A stretch of DNA of 64,000 nucleotides from Candidatus Kaelpia imicola (lineage in GTDB: Bacteria > Omnitrophota > Gorgyraeia > Kaelpiales > Kaelpiaceae), in contig JAVCCL010000026.1 in the NCBI GenBank assembly GCA_030765505.1, positions 34,679 to 98,678 on the forward strand, read 5' to 3'. Shown piece by piece: positions 19,446-29,177 of the stretch; position 1 is the stretch's first letter, and each line of letters starts with the position of its first letter. The position numbers and the translations under genes were made by a program. The notes beneath the pieces are model-generated. The model saw nothing but the letters and a program-made list of their open reading frames with translations. It was not told the DNA's origin and did not search any database.

Positions 19446-20631
19446 AAAAATAAAGAAGGTTTCAAAGGTTTTCTTTCTCTTTCTGAAGAGTATAGTCTAT
19501 AATTTTAACCAGGATAAATGCAAATTGCATGCAGCAGCACTCTCTTTTATTACCATTCTTACATTGATACCCTTTTTAGCCTTAATATTTGCGATATCAA
19601 AGGGGCTGGGTATTCAGAATTACTTCCAAGATATTGTCATTCATAAGATTGCACTGGGAAAACAGGATATCTTCCTCAAAATTCTGCAATATATAGAGAA
19701 TACCAATCTTAAGAATCTCGGGACCGCAGGCATCATTGTCTTGCTTCTTGCTATGATAAGGCTCTTAGGTTCAATAGAAGAGGTGTTTAACGCTGTATGG
19801 AATGTAGAGTCGGCTCGCAGAATAACAAGAAAGATATCTGACTATCTAACAATCGTAGTACTCTGTCCGATATTCGTATTTATGACTTTTACATTTACAG
19901 CAAGCTTGAGCTCCAATGCTCTTGTTCAGAGCCTGCTTCAGAATGACCTATTAAACAACGCCTACTTGTATTTTATTAGATTCCTGCCTTTTGTAAGCAT
20001 CTGGGTTGCACTATCAATATTCTATATGTTTATGCCGAATATTAAAGTAAACCTGACATCGGGAGTGATCTCTGGAGTAATAGCAGGTACAATATGGCAG
20101 ATATTCCAATGGGCCTATATTCAGTTTCAAATAGGGATTATCAAATATAATGCAATCTATGGGACCTTTGCCAGTGTTCCCATATTCATTGTCTGGATAT
20201 ATTTTAGCTGGGTAGTAATACTCTACGGGGCAGAGCTGGGTTTTGTATTTCAGAACCGGAAGAACCTTGAAGGTATTTCCAGAAAGGACGATGATTCATT
20301 GCTTGAGTTCAACGAGCTCTATAATTTCCTTAAACTTATTGTCAAAAGGTTTCAAGACGGAAAGTTCCCTCTTGATTACGAACTCATTCTTTCAGAGTTT
20401 AATCTTCAAAAGAGTAAGATAGTAAGGCTGATAAATTACCTCCAGCAGCATAAGATACTGAAAAGAAAAGAGAATGAGCTCTATTTTATAAAAAACCCCT
20501 GCAATGTAAAACTGACCGAGGTATTTCTGCCTCAAGAGATTCATTCAGACAACGAAAAAGCTGCTCAGATAATGCAGGGTATCTTAAAGAGAGAAGAGCT
20601 CCAAAACCATACTCTTACGGATATTATCTAA
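19438..20631 (+). CDS. YihY/virulence factor BrkB family membrane protein
   Basis: 'AAALSF.TILTLIP', 'IEEVFNAVW', 'YNAIYGTFASVPIFIVWIYFSWVVILYGAE'. Confidence 0.9.
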   Translation: MIKKIKKVSKVFFLFLKSIVYNFNQDKCKLHAAALSFITILTLIPFLALIFAISKGLGIQNYFQDIVIHKIALGKQDIFLKILQYIENTNLKNLGTAGIIVLLLAMIRLLGSIEEVFNAVWNVESARRITRKISDYLTIVVLCPIFVFMTFTFTASLSSNALVQSLLQNDLLNNAYLYFIRFLPFVSIWVALSIFYMFMPNIKVNLTSGVISGVIAGTIWQIFQWAYIQFQIGIIKYNAIYGTFASVPIFIVWIYFSWVVILYGAELGFVFQNRKNLEGISRKDDDSLLEFNELYNFLKLIVKRFQDGKFPLDYELILSEFNLQKSKIVRLINYLQQHKILKRKENELYFIKNPCNVKLTEVFLPQEIHSDNEKAAQIMQGILKREELQNHTLTDII

Positions 20632-20660
20632 GAACATCTTTATTTAAAAAGGAGCGGGCT

Positions 20661-21020
20661 ATGAAGAAAAAATCTTTAATCTTAACGGTAGCGGTCTTAT
20701 TTCTAACAATAAGCAATTCGCTTTACGGTTCCGATCTTGACGATGTTTTAAAAGGAGTTTTCTCGGCTGTATCGGAGCCGGCCAAAACCTATATCTTTAG
20801 TGCGGGTGAGAAAATATTCTCTAACATGGGAGAGGAGCTCTATTACTCCGGTTATGAGTATTCAGGTAATAGAAAGACGCTGCTGCTTACATATATAGAG
20901 AGCGGCAGTGCTATATTGATGAAATTTCCAGAACCGGATTTAATCATCGTCCGGGATATGAGATTCAAGATAGTTGAGTTCAACAACCAGCAGTTTAGAA
21001 TAGAGAAAGTATACCGTTAA
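20661..21020 (+). CDS. Hypothetical exported protein
   Basis: SD AAGGAG upstream and a signal-peptide-like N-terminus. Confidence 0.7.
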   Translation: MKKKSLILTVAVLFLTISNSLYGSDLDDVLKGVFSAVSEPAKTYIFSAGEKIFSNMGEELYYSGYEYSGNRKTLLLTYIESGSAILMKFPEPDLIIVRDMRFKIVEFNNQQFRIEKVYR

Positions 21021-21041
21021 GAAAAAAAAGGGGTTAAGTTT

Positions 21042-21197
21042 ATGGGATTTAAAGATTTGCCCGATATAATGAGGCTTGCTCAGGAAGCTAAAAAGGTTCA
21101 GAGAGAACAGGAAGAGATGCAGAGAAAACAGACTGAGGCACTAGAGAGAATAGAGCAGGCTCTTACGGAAATACTTCTAGAGTTAAGAGAGAGATGA
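21042..21197 (+). CDS. Small coiled-coil protein (51 aa), not in the ORF track
   Basis: MGFKDLPDIMRLAQEAKKVQREQEEMQRKQTEALERIEQALTEILLELRER*. Purine-rich AAGGGG upstream. The stop overlaps the next ATG (ATGA). Confidence 0.7.
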   Translation: MGFKDLPDIMRLAQEAKKVQREQEEMQRKQTEALERIEQALTEILLELRER

Positions 21198-21982
21198 GTT
21201 TTCTTTTTAAAAAAACATTTCTTCTGTCAGGATTCTCATTGCTTCTCATTTCAGGCTGTACGGGGGTAAATTACAATATTCTTACCGGAAAAGAGAATCT
21301 TACTTTTATCTCAGAAGAGAGAGAGGTCAAGCTGGGAAAGAAAATATCCAAGCAAGTAGAAGAGGAGTATGAGATAATTCAGGACCCCAGAGTAAAAGAT
21401 ATTGTAAAGAAGGTAGGTTATAAAATAGTTGATAGCTGCGACAGAAAGGGAGTCGTATACTACTTCGAAGCTATCAAAAGAAAGAGAGACGAAGATAGAG
21501 AGGAGCCGAATGCTTTTGCCTTACCCGGGGGATATATCTATATAAACGACAAGCTTCTTGATCTGATCGGCTGGGAGAACGAAGATGAGATTGCTGCAGT
21601 ACTTGCTCATGAGATATCCCATATCGTTTTAAGGCACAACATTCTTAAACTTCAGGAAGTAATAGGTACTCAAGCTCTACTTATAATGGTGGGTACAAGT
21701 ACACCCGATGCACGTACTGCTAAAAACAGCCAAGTTGCCATGATATTGCTGCTTCTTGCTTACAGTAAAGAAAGAGAATTTGAGGCAGATAGATTGGCTT
21801 TAAAATATCTCCAGAAAGCTGATTTCAACCCCCAAGGAATGATATCTCTATTAAAGAAAATACAAAAATTTCAATTTGACTCACCAATAAAAAGATATTA
21901 TCTAAAAACACACCCTTATTTAGACGAAAGAATCGAACAAGTTCAAAAAGAACTTAAGATATATAACAATATTCTGTATTAA
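21194..21982 (+). CDS. M48 family zinc metallopeptidase lipoprotein (BepA/YfgC-like)
   Basis: Lipobox LLISGC, 'PNAFALPGGYIY', HEISH (HExxH), 'YSKEREFEAD', 'THP..ERI'. Confidence 0.92.
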   Translation: MSFLFKKTFLLSGFSLLLISGCTGVNYNILTGKENLTFISEEREVKLGKKISKQVEEEYEIIQDPRVKDIVKKVGYKIVDSCDRKGVVYYFEAIKRKRDEDREEPNAFALPGGYIYINDKLLDLIGWENEDEIAAVLAHEISHIVLRHNILKLQEVIGTQALLIMVGTSTPDARTAKNSQVAMILLLLAYSKEREFEADRLALKYLQKADFNPQGMISLLKKIQKFQFDSPIKRYYLKTHPYLDERIEQVQKELKIYNNILY

Positions 21983-22041
21983 ATATTAATATCCACTCTT
22001 AAAAAATAGCATCCATCGTAGTTTTTTTAAAATCGCTTTTT

Positions 22042-22070
22042 TTGACAACCCATTATGTATGTGTTATCTT
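22042..22070 (+). promoter_or_regulatory. Sigma70-type promoter of the HAD gene
   Basis: TTGACA (22042) - 17 bp - TATCTT (22065) with extended TG. Confidence 0.6.
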
Positions 22071-22105
22071 TATAACATAAGTTTATTGCTTATAATGGAG
22101 CGGGG

Positions 22106-23882
22106 ATGAAAAAAATACTGTCATTACATTTAACAGTCTTACTTTTATTTTCTGTTGTCTTATCCAGTATCGATACAGAGCAATCCCTTCCTTTAAGAAG
22201 AATTAAAAGCACCTCTTTTATTGAAGATATTATAGGCAGCCGCAATATCAAATTAGTAGGCTTAGATTTAGATTTTACGCTCTCGGAACCATGTGAACCA
22301 ATAACTATAGAAGTAATAGAGCAGCTCATAGCGCTTAACAAAGAAGAGGTTCATATCTGTATTATTACAGGAGCGCTTTTTAAAGTAGTTGAAAATAGAG
22401 TACTAAACCCGCTGCGCAATTTTATAGAAACAGAACAGGTAGATTTTGACTGGGAGAAATTCTACCTTTTTACCGAAACCGGCTCATCAGGTTATATCTT
22501 TAATTCATTAAGTGAAGAGAGAAGAATATTTCATAGAGAATTTGACCAAATGCAAAACGACGCTATAGATCAAGCCTGGGAAGATTTTAACTCCCGATAC
22601 GGAAAGGACAGTACAACTGATACCTACAGAACATCCGGAAAATCCACTGTTTACTTTAAAAGTACCGGGATAGAACCGATAACAGAATATGTAAATTTCC
22701 TAAGAGAAAAACTCCAAGGTCTTGATATCGAAATCACAGCAGGCGGAAACTTGGAGTCAATTGATCTTACCTGCTGCAATAAAGGTGAAGCTGTTTCTGT
22801 TATTCAATCTCTATTGGGATTAAGAAGCAACGAATTAATGCTGGTTGGGGACTCTTTTAAATATGAGTTTTCCAATGACAGACATATGGCAGCAAATGGA
22901 GCATTGGTATTCAATGTTGGGGAAAAAGCAGAAAACTTAGAAGGGGCTTATAACACAGGTGAGCTCTTTCCATATCTTGCAATGGGTCCTCAAAGAACAC
23001 TAGCACTACTGAGGGTTTTAGAAGACAGATTTACTAGTTTTAACAATATATTCCGCGATATACGGGAAGGTTAGCGCTCAACTTACTATAGAGAAATTCA
23101 ATACAACGACTGCAGAATAAAAATACATGGTATGAACATGCCAAAACTTAATTCAAAGGGAAGCTTGCAATACGAAACAGGATTTCTGGCTATCAGCGTT
23201 TTTGATAATGAAGAAAAGATATTGGCCTATCACGTTATCTACCCAACTTCAAGAGGTTACCAAGTAGTAAAAAGCATAAGAAAAGATGCTGTTTTAAACT
23301 CTAGCTACACTGAATTAATTGCTAAGGCCAATGATGCATTTAGGATTGAGCCCTGCCTGACTGAACCAACAGATATGACAATACAACCTAGCAGCGCTAA
23401 TATCCTGCGCTCTTATCTTGCATTCTATTTTTATGAACGTTTCAACACACCAGGCGCAAGCAGGTTAGAGAAATTCATCAACGCAGTAGATAAACTGAAA
23501 GAGATGGTAGAGGAATCTTTTCTGAAAGAAGAAAATATTCCAGACCCTAGAACAATCGCAGACAGGCTTAATATACCCTAATGCAAGCCTAGACAAAGGC
23601 ACAGATTTCACTAATTATGGTAGATATTATTACCATATAGTAAAAAATTACCCCGGTGGAGTCCCGGCTTTAAGCAGAGTTTTAGATGAACTAATACAGG
23701 AAGACCGCTATTATGAAACAGCAAGAGTAAAAATTGCAGATTTTATACTTGGCTACATTGAGTCTAATTCTGAAAAATTTCTCAATGTAAAATTTCCATC
23801 TAATCGAGAAAGATTACGCTCGATATTAATGGATTTTGGCGAGGCCTTAGGTATAAATTACAAATTGTATATACGTGATTAA
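22106..23882 (+). pseudogene. Probably disrupted gene: signal peptide + HAD subfamily IIB (PMM/Cof-like) domain + C-terminal region, broken by an in-frame TAG and a frameshift
   Basis: HAD motifs DLDFTL, ITG, NKG, VGDS..ND in 22106-23074. The frame stays open after TAG 23072-74 into the 23132..23581 ORF. Another frame is open 23526-23882 with no start codon near its 5' end. Confidence 0.6.
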
Positions 23883-24028
23883 GCATTTTTTAGCTCTTCG
23901 GAAATTATTAATACCTAAAAAAATATCTAATATTTCAATTTAAACTTGACTGCTACAACCCCTAAGATGTAAATTAATACCATATAATTAGATAAGTTGC
24001 AAAAATAATTATTGCGGAGAAAACTTCT

Positions 24029-24126
24029 ATGACTACCAGGAAATACCACCTTATATTTGCCCAAATTAGCCTTATTTTAGCCTTAATTAACACATTTTTA
24101 GTATATATATTAAATTGCCCTTCCTT
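24029..24126 (+). pseudogene. Truncated 5' end of a paralog of the membrane protein at 49914..50420
   Basis: MTTRKYHLIFAQISLILALINTFLVYILNCPS vs MSPKRYHLIFAEIALILALVNTLLVSILNGPS. Similarity stops at the IS21-like end (24127). SD GGAG and a homologous promoter lie upstream. Confidence 0.8.
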
Positions 24127-24687
24127 TGTGATGAGCGGCAATTATAATTACCGGCCAACGACAATTAAAATTCCCGAAAAATAGGCTGGAGATGGTAATC
24201 TATTTAGACTAAAGATAAGGAGGTCTAAATGGTTATCGATCAACAGGTAAGGAGGTTGTTGTTACTCATGAAAAGTGAAAAAACTAAAGCAATAGCAGCG
24301 GCTGATTTTTTATATCGGCTGCAATATACAATTAATCAGCCGATAGAGAATATGCAGACAGATAATGGAAGTGAGTTTACCTGGCATTTTGACCGAACAG
24401 CAGATAGATTGAAAATAGATAGATATTTTTCCAGAGTTAAAACACCGAAAGATAACCCTGAAGCTGAGAGATTTAATCAAACTCTAAAATATGAGTGGTT
24501 ATATGATAACAATTTAGATTTAGATTGTGATAGATTTAATAGAGAGTTAACTGAATGGCTGATAGAATACAATTTCAACAGACCTCATGAAACTCTTGAT
24601 TACTTGACTCCTATGGAGCATATAGAAAACGAGTTGACTAAAATTAGAAGCCCTGTCAAAGTGTTACCTATGTGGTCAGCCAGAACA
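24127..24687 (+). mobile_element. Chimeric insertion-sequence remnant: IS21-family left end fused to an IS481-family right part
   Basis: Starts TGTGATG, followed by repeats CGGCAATTATAATT (24136) and CGACAATTAAAATT (24159). The ORF starts with IstA-like MVIDQQVRRLLLLMKSEKTKAIAAA, then switches to an IS481 core (QTDNGSEF, TPKDNPEAERFN, YNFNRPHETL) and ends 'KVLPMWSART' on ...GTCAGCCAGAACA. Confidence 0.75.
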
Positions 24688-24696
24688 TATTCTTGA
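24229..24696 (+). pseudogene. Hybrid, truncated transposase (IstA N-terminus + IS481 integrase-core C-terminus)
   Basis: Only 155 aa. Keeps the second D (TDNG) and E (AERF) of the DDE triad but lacks the first catalytic Asp region and the full DNA-binding domain. Confidence 0.8.
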
Positions 24697-24721
24697 TTTT
24701 TTCACCCTGTTGTGATATACA
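24693..24721 (+). promoter_or_regulatory. Putative promoter of gatCAB (possibly leaderless transcript)
   Basis: TTGATT (24693) - 17 bp - TATACA (24716) with extended TG. ATG follows 6 nt after the -10 and there is no SD. Confidence 0.5.
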
Positions 24722-24727
24722 AGTGCT

Positions 24728-25012
24728 ATGCAAATCTCCAAAGATACTGTAACTCATACAGCTCATCTGGCCAGGTTATATTTAAACGATCGTGAGATAG
24801 AGCAGTACTTAAAACAGATAGAGGATATACTGAATTATATTGATAAATTAAAAGAGCTGGACGTTAAAAATATAGAACCTACCTTCCATGTCTTAGAGCT
24901 TAAAAACGTATTACGTAAAGATATTGAGAGACCGTCGCTTCCGGTAGAAGAGGTGCTTCAAAACGCTCCGGATAGAGAGGGTAACTCTTTCTCGGTGCCC
25001 AAAGTATATTAA
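24728..25012 (+). CDS. gatC: Asp/Glu-tRNA(Asn/Gln) amidotransferase subunit C
   Basis: 'AHLARL', 'ILNYIDKLKELD', 'LQNAP...SFSVPKV'. Precedes gatA. Confidence 0.96.
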   Translation: MQISKDTVTHTAHLARLYLNDREIEQYLKQIEDILNYIDKLKELDVKNIEPTFHVLELKNVLRKDIERPSLPVEEVLQNAPDREGNSFSVPKVY

Positions 25013-26464
25013 ATGAACCTCACAGAACTCAGCGCATATAAGCTCAAAGACCTTATAGATAAAAAAGAGGTTAGGATAAAAGAGGTTGTTGAATCTTATT
25101 TAGAGAGAATAGAAGAGAGTGATAAGGATATAAACGCTTACATATCAATAGATAAAGAACGGGCTATTGAAGAAGCAGAGAGACTGGATAGGGATAACAG
25201 CGATCTGCCGCTTAAAGGGCTGCCTATTGCAATAAAAGATAATCTCTGTGTTAAAGATGAGCCTACGACTTGCGGTTCTAAAATATTAGAGGGTTTTAAG
25301 CCTCCTTACAGCGCGACAGTAATTGAAAATCTAAAAAATAATGGTGCGATACTCTTAGGAAAGACAAATATGGATGAGTTTGCCTTTGGTTCTTCCTGTG
25401 AGACTTCCTGCTATGGCGTTACGAAGAATCCTCATGATACCTCAAGAGTACCGGGCGGCTCTTCCGGAGGTTCCGCTGCAGCGGTTGGAGCTAAAGAGGC
25501 TCTTTGGGCGCTGGGAAGTGATACCGGCGGCTCAATACGCCAGCCTGCATCTCTATGCGGAGTGGTGGGACTAAAGCCTACCTACGGCAGGGTATCCCGT
25601 TACGGTTTGATAGCATTTGCATCCAGCCTGGATCAAGTCGGTCCTCTGGCAAAAGATGTTAAAGATACTGCCCTGCTTCTTGAGGCAATATCAGGTTATG
25701 ACCCGAGAGATTCGACCTCTTCCAATAAAGAGAGTCCAGAGTACAGTAAAAATTTAGAACCTGCTCTTAAAGGTATAAAGGTAGCGATAGCGGATGAATA
25801 TTTCCCTAAAGGAGTAGATGGTGAGATTAAAGATAGAATAGATAGAGTGCTGGAGCTATTAAAAAAAGAGGGGGCTACTGTAGATAGGATAAGCCTGCCT
25901 CATACCGAATATGCAGTAAGCACTTATTATATAATAGCTCCTTCTGAAGCAAGCTCAAACCTGGCCCGTTACGATGGGGTAGAGTACGGTTTGAGAGTCA
26001 AGAACGCAGACTGGATAGAGGGGGTAGCAAACCCAATGGTTAAGATGTATCTGGCAACAAAGTCAGAAGGCTTTGGAGAAGAGGTTAAGAGAAGGGTAAT
26101 ATTGGGAACATACTCATTATCAAGCGGATATTATGATGCCTACTACTTAAGAGCGGCCAAAGTAAGAACTCTTATAAAGAGAGATTTTCAGGAGGCTTTT
26201 AAGAGATATGACTGCATTATATCTCCAACCTCTCCTACAGCCGCTTTTAAGCTGGGAGAGAAGAGAGAAGATCCTCTTAAGATGTATCTATCTGATATCT
26301 TTACGATTCCAGCCAATCTGGCCGGAATACCAGCAATATCAATACCTGTAGGTAAAAACAGTGAGAATCTTCCCTTAGGTCTCCAGATAATGGCTGACTA
26401 TTTTCAGGAACAGAGATTATTGAATATAGCTTACGGGATAGAGAGAGCTTATAGCGGACTATGA
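25013..26464 (+). CDS. gatA: Amidotransferase subunit A
   Basis: Amidase signature 'GKTNMDEF', 'PGGSSGGSAAAV', 'GSDTGGSIRQPA'. Confidence 0.98.
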   Translation: MNLTELSAYKLKDLIDKKEVRIKEVVESYLERIEESDKDINAYISIDKERAIEEAERLDRDNSDLPLKGLPIAIKDNLCVKDEPTTCGSKILEGFKPPYSATVIENLKNNGAILLGKTNMDEFAFGSSCETSCYGVTKNPHDTSRVPGGSSGGSAAAVGAKEALWALGSDTGGSIRQPASLCGVVGLKPTYGRVSRYGLIAFASSLDQVGPLAKDVKDTALLLEAISGYDPRDSTSSNKESPEYSKNLEPALKGIKVAIADEYFPKGVDGEIKDRIDRVLELLKKEGATVDRISLPHTEYAVSTYYIIAPSEASSNLARYDGVEYGLRVKNADWIEGVANPMVKMYLATKSEGFGEEVKRRVILGTYSLSSGYYDAYYLRAAKVRTLIKRDFQEAFKRYDCIISPTSPTAAFKLGEKREDPLKMYLSDIFTIPANLAGIPAISIPVGKNSENLPLGLQIMADYFQEQRLLNIAYGIERAYSGL

Positions 26465-27885
26465 AATATAAGACTACGATAGGGCTTGAGATACATATCC
26501 ATCTTGGGAGTAAAACAAAGATATTCTGCTCTTGCTCTACAGCATATACAAAAGAGCCTAATACGCATACCTGCCCTGTCTGCCTTGGCCTTCCTGGGGC
26601 ACTCCCGGTCTTAAATGAGAGAGCCTTTCATTATGCTATAAAAGCTGCTCTGGCCTTAAACTGTAAAGTTTCTGAACATGTCAGTTTTGACAGAAAGAAC
26701 TACTACTATCCGGATCTACCCAAGAACTACCAAATATCTCAATATAGTTTTCCGGTGGGCAGAGCTGGAGTTTTGAATATTAACGGTAGAGATATCCGTA
26801 TCAACCGTGTCCATATGGAGGAGGATGCCGGGAAATTGATACACTCAGAAGATAATAAGAGAAGTTTCATCGATTACAACAGAACCGGAGTTCCGCTGAT
26901 AGAGATTGTAACCGAACCCGATATAGATTCACCTCAAGAAGCATATGACTTTCTTCAGGAGCTTAGAACTACGATACTCTATCTTGGTATATCTGATTGT
27001 AACATGGAAGAGGGGAGTTTAAGGTGTGATTCAAATATATCTCTATCTAAAGAGGATGCAAAAGAATTGGGAAGGAAGATAGAGTTAAAGAATATGAATA
27101 CATTCCGGGGTGTTAAAGAGGCCTTGGAATATGAGATAGAGAGGCAGAGAGCGGTGCTTGAAGACGGTAAAGAGGTTGTTCATGAGACCCGCCTCTGGGA
27201 TGAGAGCAGGCAGATGACGGCTGCGATGAGAAGCAAAGAGGATATCCATGATTACAGATACTTTCCTGAGCCTGACCTGGTTAAATATGAAATACCGGAA
27301 GAGCTGAAGAACAGCATTAAAGAAGAGCTGCCGGAGTTACCGCCGAAGAGAAGAGAGAGGTTTAAGAGCGAATACAGCTTGAATGATTACGACACTGAAT
27401 TACTGGTAAAAGATAAGAGTATTGGAGATTATTTCGAAGAGGTTTTAAAGAACTATGATAATCCCAAGCCGGCCTGCAATTTTATAACATCCGATATAAC
27501 AGGGGCGGTCAATGAGCGCGGAATAGATTTTAAAGACATAAAGCTTTCTGCTTTAAGTTGTGCTAAGCTGCTCAATATGATAAAGGATAAAAAGATATCA
27601 ATAAAGATAGCAAAAAGCATTCTGCCTGAACTTATAGAGAGAGAGCTTGACCCTCTGGTTATTATTGAAAAAAAGAATCTGATGCAGATAAATAGAGAAT
27701 CCGATATTCAAAATGTAATAGTCCAAGTCATAAGAGAAAACCCCGGGGCTGTTAGAGACTTTAAAAGCGGCAGGAGAGAGGCGATTAAATTTCTTATAGG
27801 ACAGATTATGAGGGTAACAGAAGGAAGAGCAAACCCTGGAATAGTTAATAAGCTGTTAAATCAGGAACTGGGAGGCCTAATATGA
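26461..27885 (+). CDS. gatB: Amidotransferase subunit B
   Basis: 'IGLEIH', 'CPVCLGLPGALP', 'FDRKNYYYPDLPK', 'DYRYFPEPDL'. Confidence 0.98.
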   Translation: MKYKTTIGLEIHIHLGSKTKIFCSCSTAYTKEPNTHTCPVCLGLPGALPVLNERAFHYAIKAALALNCKVSEHVSFDRKNYYYPDLPKNYQISQYSFPVGRAGVLNINGRDIRINRVHMEEDAGKLIHSEDNKRSFIDYNRTGVPLIEIVTEPDIDSPQEAYDFLQELRTTILYLGISDCNMEEGSLRCDSNISLSKEDAKELGRKIELKNMNTFRGVKEALEYEIERQRAVLEDGKEVVHETRLWDESRQMTAAMRSKEDIHDYRYFPEPDLVKYEIPEELKNSIKEELPELPPKRRERFKSEYSLNDYDTELLVKDKSIGDYFEEVLKNYDNPKPACNFITSDITGAVNERGIDFKDIKLSALSCAKLLNMIKDKKISIKIAKSILPELIERELDPLVIIEKKNLMQINRESDIQNVIVQVIRENPGAVRDFKSGRREAIKFLIGQIMRVTEGRANPGIVNKLLNQELGGLI

Positions 27886-29177
27886 AAAGAGTTCTATTGT
27901 TAATCGTTACCATGACAGTTATCTCGATAATCTCGTATAATATCTCAAGTTATTCGCTGGATATTGAGCTCAATGAACCAACCAGTAGTAACGATCAAGA
28001 CTTATATTCAAATCTTGAGGTATTCTCTGACGTTATAGCTCTCATTCAGCAAGAGTATGTAGAGGAAGAGCAGCCAAAAGATATGATCTACGGAGCACTT
28101 CAAGGGATGCTGGGAGCACTGGACCCTTATAGTCAGTTTTTAGAGCCTGACATCTATCAAGAGTTACGAGTAGAGACCGAAGGTGAGTTTGGAGGTATAG
28201 GGATAGTAATTGCCATAAAGACCGGAGTGCTTACGATAATATCGCCTCTTGAAGGTACGCCGGGATATGAAGCAGGGTTACAGGCCGGAGATAGGATAGT
28301 AAAAATAGCTGATGAGAGCACGAAGGGAATTACTCTTATGGAGGCTGTCAAAAAATTGCGGGGTAAACCCAAGACAGAGGTTGCTCTTACAGTACTAAGA
28401 GAGAGCGAACAGAGACTAATAGGGTTTAAAATCGTAAGGGATATTATAAAGATAGAGAGTGTTAAAGAGAATAAGATTATAAGTGACAATATAGGCTACA
28501 TTAAGATTCTTGAGTTTCAAGAGAACACATTGCCTGATTTCAAAAAAGCACTAAAGAGCCTTAAAGATAAAAAGATCGAAGGTCTGATAGTCGATTTAAG
28601 GAATAATCCCGGCGGACTTCTTGATGTAGCAGTAGCTATAACAAGTGAGTTTTTGCCTAAAGGGAAGCTGGTAGTTTATACCCAGGGTAGAAATGCTAAG
28701 CAGGATATGAAGTTTCACTCTATAGGGGGAAGTTTTTTAAAAGAGCCTCTGATTATTCTCATAAATAGAGGCAGCGCAAGCGGCTCTGAGATTTTTGCCG
28801 GGGCAATAAAGGATAATAACAGAGGGCTGATTGTAGGTCAGACTTCGTTCGGGAAAGCCTCCGTACAGACAATCATACCTTTAAAAGATAATTCAGCAGT
28901 GAGATTGACAACAGCTCATTATTATACTCCAAGTGGAAACTTGATACATGAAAAGGGAATAGAGCCCGACGTTAAAATAGATAGGAAGAGATTCGGGTCT
29001 TTATCTAAAGAGACTAAACCTGAGTTAGATACCGAAACTATGTTTGAGGATATCGAAGAAGGAAAAGAAGAGATATCGATTGAAGAGAAAAAAGATAAGC
29101 TGGATTTTGAGCTTGAACGAGCAATAGATATCATGAAGGGGTTGGTCAAGTATAATAAGATGCTCTCTGAATCTTAA
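27882..29177 (+). CDS. ctpA: S41A carboxyl-terminal processing protease (CtpA/Prc-like)
   Basis: 'LDPYS', PDZ 'GIGI', 'DLRNNPGGLL', 'SASGSEI', 'FGKASVQ', 'YYTPSG..IHEKGIEPD'. Confidence 0.93.
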   Translation: MKRVLLLIVTMTVISIISYNISSYSLDIELNEPTSSNDQDLYSNLEVFSDVIALIQQEYVEEEQPKDMIYGALQGMLGALDPYSQFLEPDIYQELRVETEGEFGGIGIVIAIKTGVLTIISPLEGTPGYEAGLQAGDRIVKIADESTKGITLMEAVKKLRGKPKTEVALTVLRESEQRLIGFKIVRDIIKIESVKENKIISDNIGYIKILEFQENTLPDFKKALKSLKDKKIEGLIVDLRNNPGGLLDVAVAITSEFLPKGKLVVYTQGRNAKQDMKFHSIGGSFLKEPLIILINRGSASGSEIFAGAIKDNNRGLIVGQTSFGKASVQTIIPLKDNSAVRLTTAHYYTPSGNLIHEKGIEPDVKIDRKRFGSLSKETKPELDTETMFEDIEEGKEEISIEEKKDKLDFELERAIDIMKGLVKYNKMLSES

